Source: Owenia fusiformis (lineage: Eukaryota). Taken from it: a stretch of 64,000 bases of DNA. The notes under the pieces are model-generated. The model was not told the DNA's origin. It searched no databases and worked only from the letters and a program-made list of their open reading frames with translations. The position numbers and the translations under genes are program-made. The stretch spans positions 34,534,001 to 34,598,000 of the forward strand of contig CAIIXF020000001.1 in assembly GCA_903813345.2 (NCBI GenBank), read 5' to 3'. Numbering within the stretch: the first letter of the stretch is position 1; each line of letters begins with the position of its first letter. Shown here in pieces: positions 27,401 through 42,400 of this stretch.

Positions 27401-30400
27401 GCCAAAACTATAAACTTACCCTTGCACCCCATCTAGCATATGGCATCTCAAATAGTGTCACGGAGGAGAGCTGATCAACATCAGCAAATGCTATACCAGG
27501 AATATAGAGGGCACACACCAGGTGGACCCACCTTCCAGCATCCGTCTCTTTGAATATTCCGCTAGTGTTGGGGCAGAGCTCGCAGTTCTGAAATGATGAA
27601 TCATTAATTACAGTAGGCACCGTATGTATCATTTAAGCCAAAAGTCACTAAAAAATATAGATATTTTAGCTGAGTATCATTGATAGAACGCTATACATTA
27701 AAAATTTATGTTCTTATTTTTCTGATAACAAATGTTACTTATGACAATTGCAAATGAAAGATGGGCTTTATATATATCATAGCATATAACATATAACTTA
27801 GATCTTTATTTTGCTAAAATTCCCACTTATACCATTTAAGGGAACTTTGTAGTATTAACCAAGATTAACCATGCTAATATTCTTGAATTTCATGATCCTA
27901 TTGCTCATATACGATTTGTTCTCTATAAAATCCTACATAAAATATGAATAAATACACATACTGGCTTGACTCCTGCCTTACAAGCGTCACAAAACCAGGG
28001 TTCAGTGCTAGCTGAGGACTCAGTGCTTGCTACAGATGTGGACTCACAGACACCATAGCAACCTTCATGTACTGTAATACCACAACCATCACACTCCACT
28101 ATCTCATCAGACTCCTCACTGGAATAAAGAAAAAAACCATAGATACAATAACATTATGGCAGGGGGTAAAGCTAGAATCAAACATATAAAGCCTGACAAA
28201 ACTAGATAACGGCAACTCCGCGGAGTAGCAAATCCCAACGAACAAAATATCAATTACCGAATTCCAATCAGTTATACTCATTACTTTGGTTAAAATTGAA
28301 AAAATTTGATTTTAGAATTGCAAATTCCTGCAAAGCAGCCCTTTTGAATTTTCTGTGATACAAATCTGAAAAATAATACCATAATTGTGATCTACTCCAA
28401 AATTCCTTCAATTTGAGTATAATATACCGTATTCTCTGTAATTACCGCCCACTCTCTAATAAGCGCCCACCCCGCTTCACAAAGTTCAAGAAACATCGAG
28501 GAATCAACAAGAATTGAAGAATATATCAGGAAAAAAATATTTCTCAAAATCCAGGAGCGGGCGATAATAGAGTACTTACCCTAAAACTGCTGTAAACACG
28601 ACGCGTTTTGTAATTCTATGCATCCTCTCGATACATATCTATCGATGGGTGCTTCCCACACCATACCATGCTAATATTGTCTCCAAATAGTCCATAATGA
28701 ATGAAGGAATTGTTCTTTATCGGCATTCAGAAATTTCAAAAGCTACTGCGCAGATGTTCTGCGCATGTCAAGGTCGTGAACTTTCTGGTTTCTTTTTAAT
28801 GTTTCTCGACTTTTACACGACTTTTGCACGAATAATGATGATCTCTCATCAAATTAGAAATAATGTATAACTTTAGATCGATATCCAGCAGTCTCTAGTG
28901 GAAATATTGAAGGTAATCGGCGATAATGACAAAGTGGGCGTGCCGGAAATAAATTAGACATAGACGGGTCTTCAACCACTGTCAATATTGTCTAAGCGAT
29001 CTTTACCGTATTCTCTCCAATAACAGCACTTGTCATATTATTATAAAAATATGTTGAAGAAAATGCATTCTTGTCAAGAAAAATTGCCATACATGAAATT
29101 CCTCGGGATTTCTGATTTCTTTCATACATGGGCGCTTATTAGAATGGTCTAAATAATGTATTTTCAATTTTCTAAACGCCCTGGGCGCTAATTACAGAGA
29201 ATACGGTAGCCATACTTTGAAGGGATCGAAAAATTATTGCGAAATCGTACATCAGCCGGCCATTTTGAATTTTACAAGACTCGAATCAGAAAAAAGATAC
29301 AATATTTGCAATCTACTCTTAATTGCCTTTCATTTGAGTATAATAAAGCTATACTTCGGAAAGATCTAAAAATTAGCGAAAATTTCTGTTTTCCTGTCCC
29401 CCCATACACGGCCCCTGGGGGTCAGGATGAAAAACACGGAATATATGTGAAATAAATAAATGTTGTGAATATACTACCAAAATTTCAAACAATAATATTA
29501 ACTACTTTAGTTTAGAATATAAAATTTATGATTTTTGCGAAAAAGTCCCGTCATTTTTAAAGCAGCGGCCATCTTGAAAAAAAATTTTTTTGCGTAAAAC
29601 TATTCACCAATATACATCTTTCCACTAAATATGAAGAAAATCCGTCTACTAGTATTTGAGTTATCTTCCCGACCGACCGACCGACCGACCGACCGACCGA
29701 CCGACCGACCGACCGACCGACGGAGGGCTTCACTATATCCCTACCGAACTTCGTTCGTTGGGATAATAAACCAGAACACTCGGCTTTCAATAGCAGGGGG
29801 CGAGGGCCTAAAATCGCCGTTTGTTTTCGATAATTCGCCGTTTGTCAGAAGCCAAATATTGTCTAAGTTTGGGGGAAATTTTAAATCTTCTACAGACTAT
29901 CCTTTATTTGATTTAGCGATCTTATTTTGCACTTCCTTGTTTATGATTTGTACCTTATTTTCCATGGGGCATGCAGATAAATGTATGATTAATACAATTA
30001 TGTTCAACCAGTCACAGTACATCTTTCCAATGGGTGTAAAATTGTATTAATCAGTTAAAGGTCCAATATAAACTTTGGCTTGTCCAATATTATCAAAGTG
30101 TGAAATGTGAAACTTTTTATTGATTTCAAGAGCGTTTTTGAAGGACCGTTTGTTCAAAATATTGTGAATTTATTAAAAACTAACTTTGAGAGGGTACACT
30201 AACACATAATTTACACCGATGCATAGCATTCATCTTCACTTGTTTTTTGCCGACAAAGTTAAGAAAATCGGTTGATAAATAAGCGAGTAATAAACTCATT
30301 CATGGATGAACGTGGTTCAGGACGAATGCATTTCGAAATTTTAGTTCTCACAGAAACCAATGGTAATAATATTAAAAACATAACATATTCATCCTTTTAA

Positions 30401-33400
30401 ACTGGTTAGACAGTCAACATAGGTTTATTTCTTAGTTTAACATAGAAAAAGATAGACATGGAGAAATGTTGCCACCTAAATGATGTCACTTTTTAATAAT
30501 GATAAATAGTAAATATATGAAAAAAGATGTTTTCAAACTCAACATGGGGACTGTAAAGTCAGCAGTATCCTTAAATTTCGATGCAAATTATATATGTACA
30601 CAGGATGCATTCTATATTAAAAGTGTTCAATTCAGCAGATGCATTTGAATTTGTAAACTGCACCCTATGCAAGGGTAAGTTATCTCATAGAAGGTAAATG
30701 ACATTCTATATAAGTTGCCATAGTCATTCCACAGTTCAAGGTGTCATTTATGTAGCCCATGTCTTGTGGTCAATCCAATTGACCCAATATCACACGGGGA
30801 AATGACTTTGACAAACCTGCAAAAAGTAAAATCCTGGACATCTTCTAAATCACCTCTTAATAGGATTCAAAGTTCAAAACTTTGATTGACTGTACAATAA
30901 TATTGTATTTCAGATACATTGTCTTTGAAATATAATGTACATCAGAATTTTATATCATTTTTGGCAAAGCCTGTCCATGCCCTTGTTCATGTGTCCACTT
31001 TCCGTCCATGGACAAGTATTTGCATTTCCGGGAGTGTAGAATTTGGTGGTTTTGAATGCCGTCGCTTGTTTTTTTCATCTGCCCCTTGTGCAGAAAGTTA
31101 CTGAAACCACTGGAACAACGGCAACGCCAAAGCGTAGCGAATCCCATCGAACAGAAATTGCTGGCATTTTTACAAACGAAAAGCAAATATCATAAAACAA
31201 CACACCAGAAAGGACACCAAAATGGTTGCTCACTAGCCAAGTTGTCATCAGAAGAAATAATATGCTTTTAAGTAGCCACCTCTAAAATATTTGAAATATC
31301 GCACACGTACTTGTAAAATAACACACATAAAAATGGTGGCCATTTTTCAAAATGGCCGACTACTCCCCAAAGTTTTATTAGACAATGTGCCATGCTTAAA
31401 GTATTCACATATCAAATATGAACAAAATCGCTCCACTACTTTTCGAGTTATAGTAAAATCGTTAAAATGGTGGCCATTTTTCAAAATGGCCACCTTCTAC
31501 CAAAAGTGTCATTAGAAATAGACAGTTTTCGAAATGGTCGTCTTGTACCAAAAGTGTCATAGGACAGTGTGCCATGCTTATAGTATTCACATACCAAATA
31601 TGAACAAAATCGCTCCACTACTTTTCGAGTTATAGTAAAATACGTTAAAATGGCGGCATTTTTCAAAATTTTTTTCAAAATGGCCGCCTTCTACCAAAAG
31701 TGTCATAGGACAGAGTGCCATGCTTATAGTATTCACATACCAAATATGAACAAAATCGCTCCACTACTTTTCGAGTTATAGTAAAATACATTAAAATGGC
31801 GGCCATTTTGAAAAATGGCCGCCTTCTACCAAAAGTGTCTTTAGACAGTGTGCAATGCTTATAGTATTGACATACCAAATATGAACAAAATCGCTCCACT
31901 ATTTTTTGAATTACAGCAAAAATCGTAAAATGACAAGTAAAGGCCGCCATTTTTCAAGATGGCTGCCATGTGCTTCTTAAATATCTACATTTGTAGCATT
32001 ATTATTGTCCTTTATAATTTTTTTACATTTAAAACATATTGCTATTACAGTTTTACATATTGCACCTAAATTACTGTAAAATCGGCAGTTATCTTCCCGA
32101 CCGACCGACCGACCGACCGACCGACTGACGGAGGGCTTCACTATATCCCTACCGAACTTCGTTCGTTGGGATAATAAACCAGAACAACGGCAACGCCAAA
32201 GCGTAGCGAATCCCATCGAACAGAAATTGCTGGCATTTTTACAAACGAAAAGCAAATATCATAAAACAACACACCAGAAAGGACACCAAAATGGTTGCTC
32301 ACTAGCCAAGTTGTCATCAGAAGAAATAATATGCTTTTAAGTAGCCACCTCTAAAATATTTGAAATATCGCACACGTACTTGTAAAATAACACACATAAA
32401 AATGGTGGCCATTTTTCAAAATGGCCGACTACTCCCCAAAGTTTTATTAGACAATGTGCCATGCTTAAAGTATTCACATATCAAATATGAACAAAATCGC
32501 TCCACTACTTTTCGAGTTATAGTAAAATCGTTAAAATGGTGGCCATTTTTCAAAATGGCCACCTTCTACCAAAAGTGTCATTAGAAATAGACAGTTTTCA
32601 AAATGGTCGTCTTGTACCAAAAGTGTCATAGGACAGTGTGCCATGCTTATAGTATTCACATACCAAATATGAACAAAATCGCTCCACTACTTTTCGAGTT
32701 AAAGTAAAATACGTTAAAATGGCGGCATTTTTCAAAAATTTTTTCAAAATGGCCGCCTTCTACCAAAAGTGTCATAGGACAGAGTGCCATGCTTATAGTA
32801 TTCACATACCAAATATGAACAAAATCGCTCCACTACTTTTCGAGTTATAGTAAAATACATTAAAATGGCGGCCATTTTGAAAAATGGCCGCCTTCTACCA
32901 AAAGTGTCTTTAGACAGTGTGCAATGCTTATAGTATTGACATACCAAATATGAACAAAATCGCTCCACTATTTTTTGAATTACAGCAAAAATCGTAAAAT
33001 GACAAGTAAAGGCCGCCATTTTTCAAGATGGCTGCCATGTGCTTCTTAAATATCTACATTTGTAGCATTATTATTGTCCTTTATAATTTTTTTACATTTA
33101 AAACATATTGCTATTACAGTTTTACATATTGCACCTAAATTACTGTAAAATCGGCACTAAAATGGCCGTCATTTTGAAATGAGCGGCCATTTTGAAAATC
33201 GGCTTTCGAGCAGAACTTCTACCCCCATAGGCTATATTTGTACAAAATATGAACAAAATCGGGCCAACGGTATTTGAGTTATTGCCCGGACGGACGGACG
33301 GACGGACGGACAGACGGACGGACGGAGGCGTTCCCTATATCCCTCCGAACTTCGTTCAGAGGGATAATAAACGATTTAGGATTTCCAACCAATGTAGCTT

Positions 33401-36400
33401 TTACTTTTCAAAATACAGTATCTATAATATATCATGAAATGGTGAAGTTATTAAAGAATTTGCAAGTTTTATTTCTAATGTGAATGTACACAAATGTGGT
33501 GAATTTTGTCAATTTAAGTCAAGGAACTGCACTGAAAGGTCATCATCAGTAATCTCCCCAACATTAAGCAAGTGGGTGCTGCACCCACTTCAGATTTTAA
33601 AAATAAGCTTGCATTCAACTGAGAATCCATTTGCACCCACTTGAAAATGACAAAATCATGAAAAGTGAAAGATAAATTATGGAATTGAGAATTTTACACG
33701 GATGTGAGACAAAATCCTGGGGTGAACACTGCATCATACTTCAGAAGTTATCATTTTGACCTCCTAAGAAGTACTGTACCCACCTGTCTTCACCTTGACA
33801 TACGCAACATATGAGAACTTTAAACCTGGCAGGTGTTCCTGTTGAACCATCTACTGACAGAACAGAGGCCTGTAAAAAGAATGATCAATTGTGAGTATTT
33901 AAAAAGTATGCCTAGCCTCTTTGGTGTACACACATCGACTTATACGGCGATATGATTAATCAGTATAATAGATTAATCATGTTTAGTGTCTACCTAGCAT
34001 ATACATGTACCTTGGATTCTGCCTGCAACTTTTCCCGCTTTTCTCTGCTTTTGTCTACATCTTCCATGGACACTGCATCATCTGGTATATAGTCTTCATC
34101 ATCACTATCATCACTCCCAATGTTGTCAAAGGTTATCTCCTTCTCTATGTCACTCTTCTCATCAACGCTCTCATTGTCTAGAAAATCCATATTGAAGCTT
34201 AGAATCTTAGTAAATGACATCTTTCAATATATTACATCAGTAATTCATCATCTAGACATCAACAGAGGCAGAATAATTGCAGAATAAAATGCACATAACA
34301 AAAAATATATGCTTATTCAGCATTTTTGAGTTGGCCCAGAGTATGGACCCTCTCTATATGGAACACCTGTAAACAAGGAACAGTTTTGTCCAGTCTATCC
34401 TTGTTCGCAGGTTTTACTGTATGTAACTAAAAACTGGCCTGCTAGTGCCTTCTTGAATATCAGGCATGGTATCATATTTATTTATTCATTCATTTATTTA
34501 AGTGTCACCTATCTAAGATAGCCAGCCCTACCTGGGCTTATGAGACAAATTTTACATAAGTTACATTTTTAACAATACAAATATAAAATAAAAAAATAAA
34601 ATTAGTGCAGTTCAGTTCAACATTATTATTGATTTTGATTTTTAAATAAAACTTTTTTCCTTATATAGAATATGTTTTGCAAATACTTTCCAAAGCATTT
34701 AATATATTTTTTATTTTCAAAGATATCTTTAAAGGAATTGTTTTTGATTTCTTGAAGAAAAGACTTTCTAGCTTCTGAATAATATGAACACTCATATACA
34801 AAATGGCTTTCATTTTCAATTTCATTTGAGTTACAAATTTGGCACTGTCTTTGGTTTACTGGAGTTTTCGGTTGAGTAAATCTCCCCGTTTCTATTGCTA
34901 AAGGAAGTATACCAGTTCTTAACTGAGCTATTAAAGAGCGTTCACCCCTTGTCAATGATGATGTGAGTAAATATTGTTCTATTGGACAGTCATGTTTAAA
35001 AGTTAGGTAAGTCCTCAATTTGGGTTGTGATTCAATGTCTATGCGTAATTTTTATTGTAATTTTAACTTTAGTTCCCTCTTAACAAAGCTGATATTAACA
35101 TATTGTTTCTGGTTATAATGATCATTCATCCCTAACTCATTGAAAATTGATTTTATATCTAAACACCATCCATAAGGTTGATTATAGTCAATATTAAATA
35201 TTTTTTTGGTGAGTCTATTATTTTCCATGAATGTGAATCTATTCCATAGACGCACAATATCTAGTGTTCTAGTGTCTTTCATATATGTTATATAGTGTAT
35301 AAGATATCTGACACAGTCATATGACCTGGTCAAGCTGGGATTACATCGCCCCCTTCACAGTTTAAACTACTTTCATTTGAAATTATGATTAAATTTTTGA
35401 AATACTACTCTCATTAAACATAAATAAAGCAACCAGCCCTGACATGATAAGTAATAGAATGTTAAAAATGGCAGCACCAGCCCTCTCCCTCATTTTATCC
35501 AAACTGTTCAACAAAATGTTTATTCTTCAAGCCTTTCCTCAAAAATGGAAAATTGGGCATATTTTACCTGTCCATAAAAAGGGTGATAAATCAAATATTC
35601 AAAATTTCCGTCCAATCACACTCCTTTGTTGTATTTCAAAAATAGCTGAATGCATCATTTTCAAACGATTATTTGACCATCTACTTTCAAATGACCTATT
35701 TTACAATCTTCAAAGTGGGTTTCTGCCAGGGCACAGCACTCAGGCTCAATTAGCATTATTGATTTTATAACAAATGAAATAGAATCTGGGGGAAATGTAA
35801 GAGGGGTTTATTTAGACATTTCAGCTGCGTTTGACACCTTACCTCATTCTTTGCTACTAAAAAAACTTGAATCTTATGGAATTAGCCCAAGTATTCTATT
35901 ACTTTTAGCATCACATCTCTTTAAAAGACAAGCAAAAGTTATCCTCGATGGTCAAGAGTCTGTTTTGAGCCATGAGGATTATACAATTGTATACAGGGTG
36001 ATCAATAAATAAGGTAAAAGTATCTGGCATTTCTTCAGATTTTACCCAATACTCATAAGATTTGCACAGAATAATGTTCAAACATTATTGAATTGAAATA
36101 TTAAGTTACAGATCAAAGTGATGTGATTGGTTGAAGTTATGGTTGCCATAGCAACAGAAAGCATGAAGACCCGGGGCAACTATCAAAGAACTAAATTTTC
36201 AGTCGAAGTGCTTTTGATAATATATTTCAAATCACAATTGAAATGACATATCATATTCTTATTTTATACTTCATAACTACTCTACCTAATGTCCTTTGTT
36301 TTTACCATGTAGTTCATGTCTTCTACTCCAGTCTTTGAACACCTTTTTAAACCCATTTTCCCATAGCCTGCTGCAAATTTTTAAGATAGCTGACTTCAAG

Positions 36401-39400
36401 TCTTCCCATGAGAAACTACCTCAACTCCCTCTCCAGGTCGCCATGAAGGTAAAATCATTATATAGGGGACAAGTCGGGAGAGCATAGAACATGACCTAAC
36501 AGTAGGAAACCTAGTGCTTCAAAGGCTTGTACCGTAAGAATAGCATTGTGAGATGAAGCATTATCCCAGTGCAATGTGAAACATTTTACGGGCCTCTTCT
36601 CCCTCTTTGCTCTCATCAAATCTCTTCTGTATTGTTTTTCATCATTGACCTGTATCATAGACTTTCTATGATCACATCAGTTTTCATTATATATTTATCT
36701 TTTCCGTGACATCAAACACCAAATTTGCAAGAAAGTATGTAACAATGGTAGCAAAGTATTAAAACAATAAATGCTGGCACCCATGTTTATTTCTTTTCAG
36801 TTTGAAAAAGAGGTACTTTTTATCAATTTTTGTTCAAATTGGACGCAATTAAATTGCCCCGGGTACCTCTGACTCCAGTTGCCATGGTTACTGTAATATT
36901 AACCAATCAGATGACAGAATTTATATCTTTATATGTTTTAATTCAGAAATGTACAAGGTATATTCTGACCAAATTTCAGGATGTTTGGACCAATATTTAC
37001 AAAATACCAGATACTTTTACCTTATTTATTGATCACCCTGTAAATGCTAGCGTTCCACAAGGCTCTATTCTTGGACCCCTACTCTTCCTGATATATATAA
37101 AAGATCTCCCCGAAACCTTATCAAGCAAATGCTATATTTATGCAGATGACACATCTCTATACCAACCATATTCCAAATCAAACCTTATTGAAAGTAACAC
37201 AATTTTACAATCTGATCTTAATTCAATTTTCCAATGGTCCCAGACATGGAAAATGAACTTCAAGGCCTCTAAAAGCAAAGAAATAATTTTCTCAAACCCA
37301 AGGAAATGTGAATATAACGTTCCTGACCTCAAAATTGGAAATGATGTTCTACCTCGAGTTGATCATCATAAACATTAAGGTTAAGATAAACACCTGACTT
37401 TTGACCAACACATCACAGAGCTCACCAAGAGAATTGCTAAACTATTAAACCCACTTAAATCTCTAAGCAACAAATTAAATGGAAAACACCTGGAATTAAT
37501 CTTAAATCTTTCATACTTCCAATTTTCGACTATTGCGATATTCTTTATGGTTGTGCAAATATAAGAAAACTAAAATCCATTAATCAATTATACTACAAAT
37601 CAGGTGTACTACATGGAACATCTTCAACAAAAGTCCTTAACTGCTTAAATTGGCCAAAGCTATCTGATAAAAGACAAATGCATAGACTTTTCCTAATGTA
37701 CCGAGCTTATAACAATAAACTTCCATCCTACGTTTTGAGCATTTTTAATCAATACCGTAGAAATCTTCCATCAATAACACAAGAAGTCGTGACTACCAAA
37801 TTCCAATCAAAACCTCAACATTTTCGAATAGATCATGCGTATTTAAATCCATCATTGACTGGAAGTCTCTCCCAATCAAAATTAAAGAATCACCAAATCT
37901 AAATATTTTTAAATCGAATGTAAAGAAAAAATTAATGACTACTTATATCATTAATTCCTCTGAGATCTCCTTGACAAGGAGCCAAGAAATTTCTCTAAAC
38001 AAGGTGCGCTGTGATCTGATCTTCCAGTCCCACTTTTACGCTCACAATTTTACTAATGTACCATCCCCTACATGCAAATGTGGGTGTAGCAATGAAACAT
38101 CCATTCATGTCATGTTCTCTTGTAACCTTAGATCACAATATCTTAAAGATTTAGAGGATGCACTCACTCTTCTAAATTTTAATTACCCAGCATTTAAAAA
38201 CCAGCAAGACAAATTATCATTGTTTTTGTATGGAGACAGAAGTCTGCCAAAAGAAGTTAATATTGAAATTTTAAGGCTCACCTCAGCTTTTATTCAAAGG
38301 TGTGCAAGCGTGTAAGTATTTCTTCCACCACCAACTGTATAATTTTGTACACAATTATTCTTTTGCTTGTTGCAAATTCATTGTCATACTTTCTTTTTAA
38401 CTCTTGTTATTATTCAATTGTGGCTTATAATGCTCCATTGCAAAGCCGCAACATGTGTATGTAATAATTCTATTTTACTATGAAATAAATCACATAAAAA
38501 AAATATAAAAAAATTACGATTAAAGGTTTTGAGATAAAATTTATCTTTTTACTGCTTCAACATAACCACATATCAACCACACCAACCTTGTTGAGAAAGT
38601 TTGGGGATGGTTCATAATAAGTTTATACCAGACTAAAATCCCAAATTAACAATAACGAGTCAAGATATTGCATATTTCGATAAGTTCAATATTCTTTTTT
38701 CAAATAGCCTTATCTAACTTGCCTGATCCACTTTTGTCTGTATTGTCATCAACACCATCACCATCACTGTCTTCATCATCATCAAAGTCATCATCCACAT
38801 CATCGTCATCTGAACCTGCAATGTTATCATATCTCATTTACATCTCAAGTTTTCTCTCCATAATTTATAAATATTTGCATGTATGAAATTAAACACTCAA
38901 TTTTTTTGCGGTAAATTGAAAGTCCATGGTGTCTTTCAAAAACTGACTGTCTGAAATGACTGCACTAAATGCCAGGTTCCTTCCTATGATATTATATTAA
39001 TGTAATGCATTGTACTCTTTAAGTCTTACCTTGCTTTACTTGGTAATCACTGTCATCTGAACTATCCTCCAAACCAAAGTCTAGTTGGATCATATGTTTG
39101 GATACTGGCTTCACTCTCCTTTTCCTGGGGTCTCTGTTCACTATAAAACAAGGCATTAACATGACATAAGTGTCACCACCTATTTGCAATTACAAAATGT
39201 AACCATTTGTTCCAGATGTAGAAAGTTAACAGTGACACTGCATATTAATGAGCAAAAATCTGGGGCTATTAAGGGGAAAATAGAACCTACAATATGTACA
39301 GTGAAGCTTGTCCATCTGGGATGAATATTATAAATGGGTCTGCCATATTTACACACATGCAAAACATTCATGTAAATATGCTGAACTTAATTTCATTCAT

Positions 39401-42400
39401 TGGGAAAATTATCTCGTTTTCTTTTTTTCAGAGGTATGAATGAATAACAGAGATACATAAAGTAATGTATAATTTTGTTCAAAAATAGCAAGCAAGTAAA
39501 ATATAATGAATACGTTAAGGGCATTATAGGATGAAAATTGCTTTGGGGAAATGTGTATTTTTGAAGCCCTCTTCACTTAGTTTTTTTGTAAGCTATTCTT
39601 ATAAAAAGTCTGTTTACTTAAACCGAATAATGGGTTTCTTCTACATTTAATTCCTTAGTAAGGTCCTTAATTTTTGGACATCACATTAAGTTTTACATGG
39701 GCGTAGGGCTATATTTTGAGTTGGTACGCACACTCAGGGATGCCTGATTGCGTGGCCGAAGGCCGCACATCGCGGGGGTCCGGGGGTATACTCCCCCGCA
39801 AATTTTTTTTCAAGGATGTAATTTGATGGAATCTAAGCGTTTTTATCAACTTTAAATGTTGATAATGGTAAACATACAGATACGATAGGAAGCATCAATA
39901 AATTCGCAAATAAATTTATGCATTTTAACACATTTTTAATTGTTTTCAAATTCATTTGGTACGCCTGTGCGTATTTTGCGTAATAGGCGCTACGCCCATG
40001 AGTTTTGGAGGTTAGACTTCTTCAAGTACACTTTAAAAGAGGTTAAGATCAGGTATATACAACTTGTATACAGTTAAAAAGGGTTTTAAACAAAACAGTC
40101 TACCCAGAAGCAGTCAATACAATTTTTGAAATTTTAGAAAATTGTTTGAAACAAAAATGGTGGTCATAAAAAGGAGAATAGAACGCTCTTCGATTCATTT
40201 TTTCATTTTTTTCTTTTTCTACCGTATGAATGTCATCACATTTTCAGATTGTATCATTTAGAGCAATATATTGGGCACATTTTCTTAAATATTCAAAAGA
40301 TTCTGTTCAGTGACCTTTCCTAAGCCCCTACTTTTAGCTATTTTTCAGTCACATTTTCAGAGGACTGAAAAAGTTATTTCATCATGTTTAGGGTCATTCT
40401 CACCATGTACATTGTTATCCTGGTCATGTAAATGATATGTGGAACTAGTTAAATTGACTGGAGGTCAAAACAGAACTCTGTTCAAAAAATGAAGCATCTT
40501 TTGTCACTTCCTGTGTTGTCATTTCCTGGTAAGTACCTTAAATTTATTGAACCCCGGCTAGAAATTTTCAATAGTTCTCGGTGTTCCAGATAGAATTACT
40601 TCTAGTCAAGAATTGGCTAGAGACTAGTGTAACATTAGTGTGCCTATAGTAAAATTTTAAATGTTTGGAACTATTTTGAATTTAAAAAATAAGCAAACCA
40701 GAACAACGGCAACGCCAAAGTGTAGCGAATCCCATCGAACAGAAATGACTGGCATTTTTACAAACAAAATATATGACAAATATCATAAAATAACACACAT
40801 AAGAAAGGCCACCATTTTCAAAATGGTTGCTCACTAGCCAAGTTGTCATCAGAAGAAGTAATATGCTTTTTTTTATAGTATTTATATAGTATTTATAGTA
40901 CCTGTGAGTATCCTGAACTGCTTATCAAGAGTTCAGGAAGGCATTATTTTTGATCAACTTACCTGTTATTTTGATAATATTTTATCGCCACTACTTAGCG
41001 CTTTCAGGAAGGGGTATAGCTGCCAGTCTGTGTTACTAAAATTAGTCAAAGACTGGAAGCTTGCCCTTGATAATAACAAAGTGGTAGGTACGGTGTTAAT
41101 GGACCTGTCAAAAGCGTTTGACTGTTTACCGCATGATATTTTAATAGCCAAACTCACTGCCTATGGAGTTAGCGACTCAGCTACTTCTCTCTTGAAAAGT
41201 TACCTCTCTGACAGGCCACAGAGAGTAAAAATTTCAAATTCAACTAGCTCATGGCAGACCATATTGAAAGGTATCCCTCAGGGAAGTATTCTTGGTCCCT
41301 GTCTCTTCAATATCTTTATAAATGACATATTTCTAGCCTTGAAGAACTGTAATTTATATAACTATGCTGATGACAACACAATCTCTGTGATTGGTGAAAA
41401 CAAACAATCAGTTCTTCAAGACCTGGAATCACAGTCTTCTCTTGCCATCAACTGGTTTAATCAAAATAAAATGCTGGTAAACCCTGATAAATTTCAGGCT
41501 ATGGTGTTACAACGTTCAAGGATTAACTCCAATTTCCTCCCAGATACTCTAACTTTTGGCAATGCTTCAATTCAAACAGGCAGATAGCACTACTTTTCGT
41601 GTAATGGTAAAATACTTCAAAATGGTGGCCATTTTTCAAAATGGCCGCCTTCTACCAAAAGTGTCATTAGACAGTGTACCATGCTTAAAGTATTCACATA
41701 CCAAATATGAACAAAATTAGTTATTTTGGCCACCCACACTCTTAGGTTGAGCCAAGTATTGCATGATTTGAAGCAATTTTTACCAATTTTGCAAAGGGTT
41801 ACTCAGTTACACTTGCACTTTACATAGTTCAACTTATATGAGAATACCCCTGGCCCTGTACATGTATAAATCAATTTATCCTTCACTTGTTTTAAAGGCC
41901 CGATCTAAAGTTTAAACCACTTTGGCTTATATTGTAGTCTTACCCAATGTTATCAAAGTGTGATATGTGAAACTTTTTTTTAAATTTCAAAAAGTGGTTT
42001 TTGATAGACTTAGGGTTAGGGACGAAAAATTTCGAACGCAATGTGTGACATATACGTAATTCGCGTGTAAAGTCCGAACGAAATGCGTACGTTTTTTTTC
42101 GGCGTTCTTTGTATATTCAGATAGTTACGTATAATGTGCAGCAAAGCTGTGGTCTTTTGTAATTACGAGAACTAAATGAAATGCGAACATCCGAGCATCG
42201 AACAATTTACATTCCATCTTCACACATGTTCGGTAATATAACGTATCATAACTTCCAGAAATGACAAGCCAGTAGGAACATGTTGGGGAATTTTTACAGT
42301 TCGTTTACATTTCTTGTATAACTGTACTTATTGTTGATCGGACGGAAAGATAAGCTGATGTAGTTACATTGGAGTTTGTTTACTACCATTTGGAAGGCAC

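Noticed and set aside
34178..34253. Upstream alternative acceptor for PHF14 exon 4
   Set aside because: Leads to an in-frame TAA
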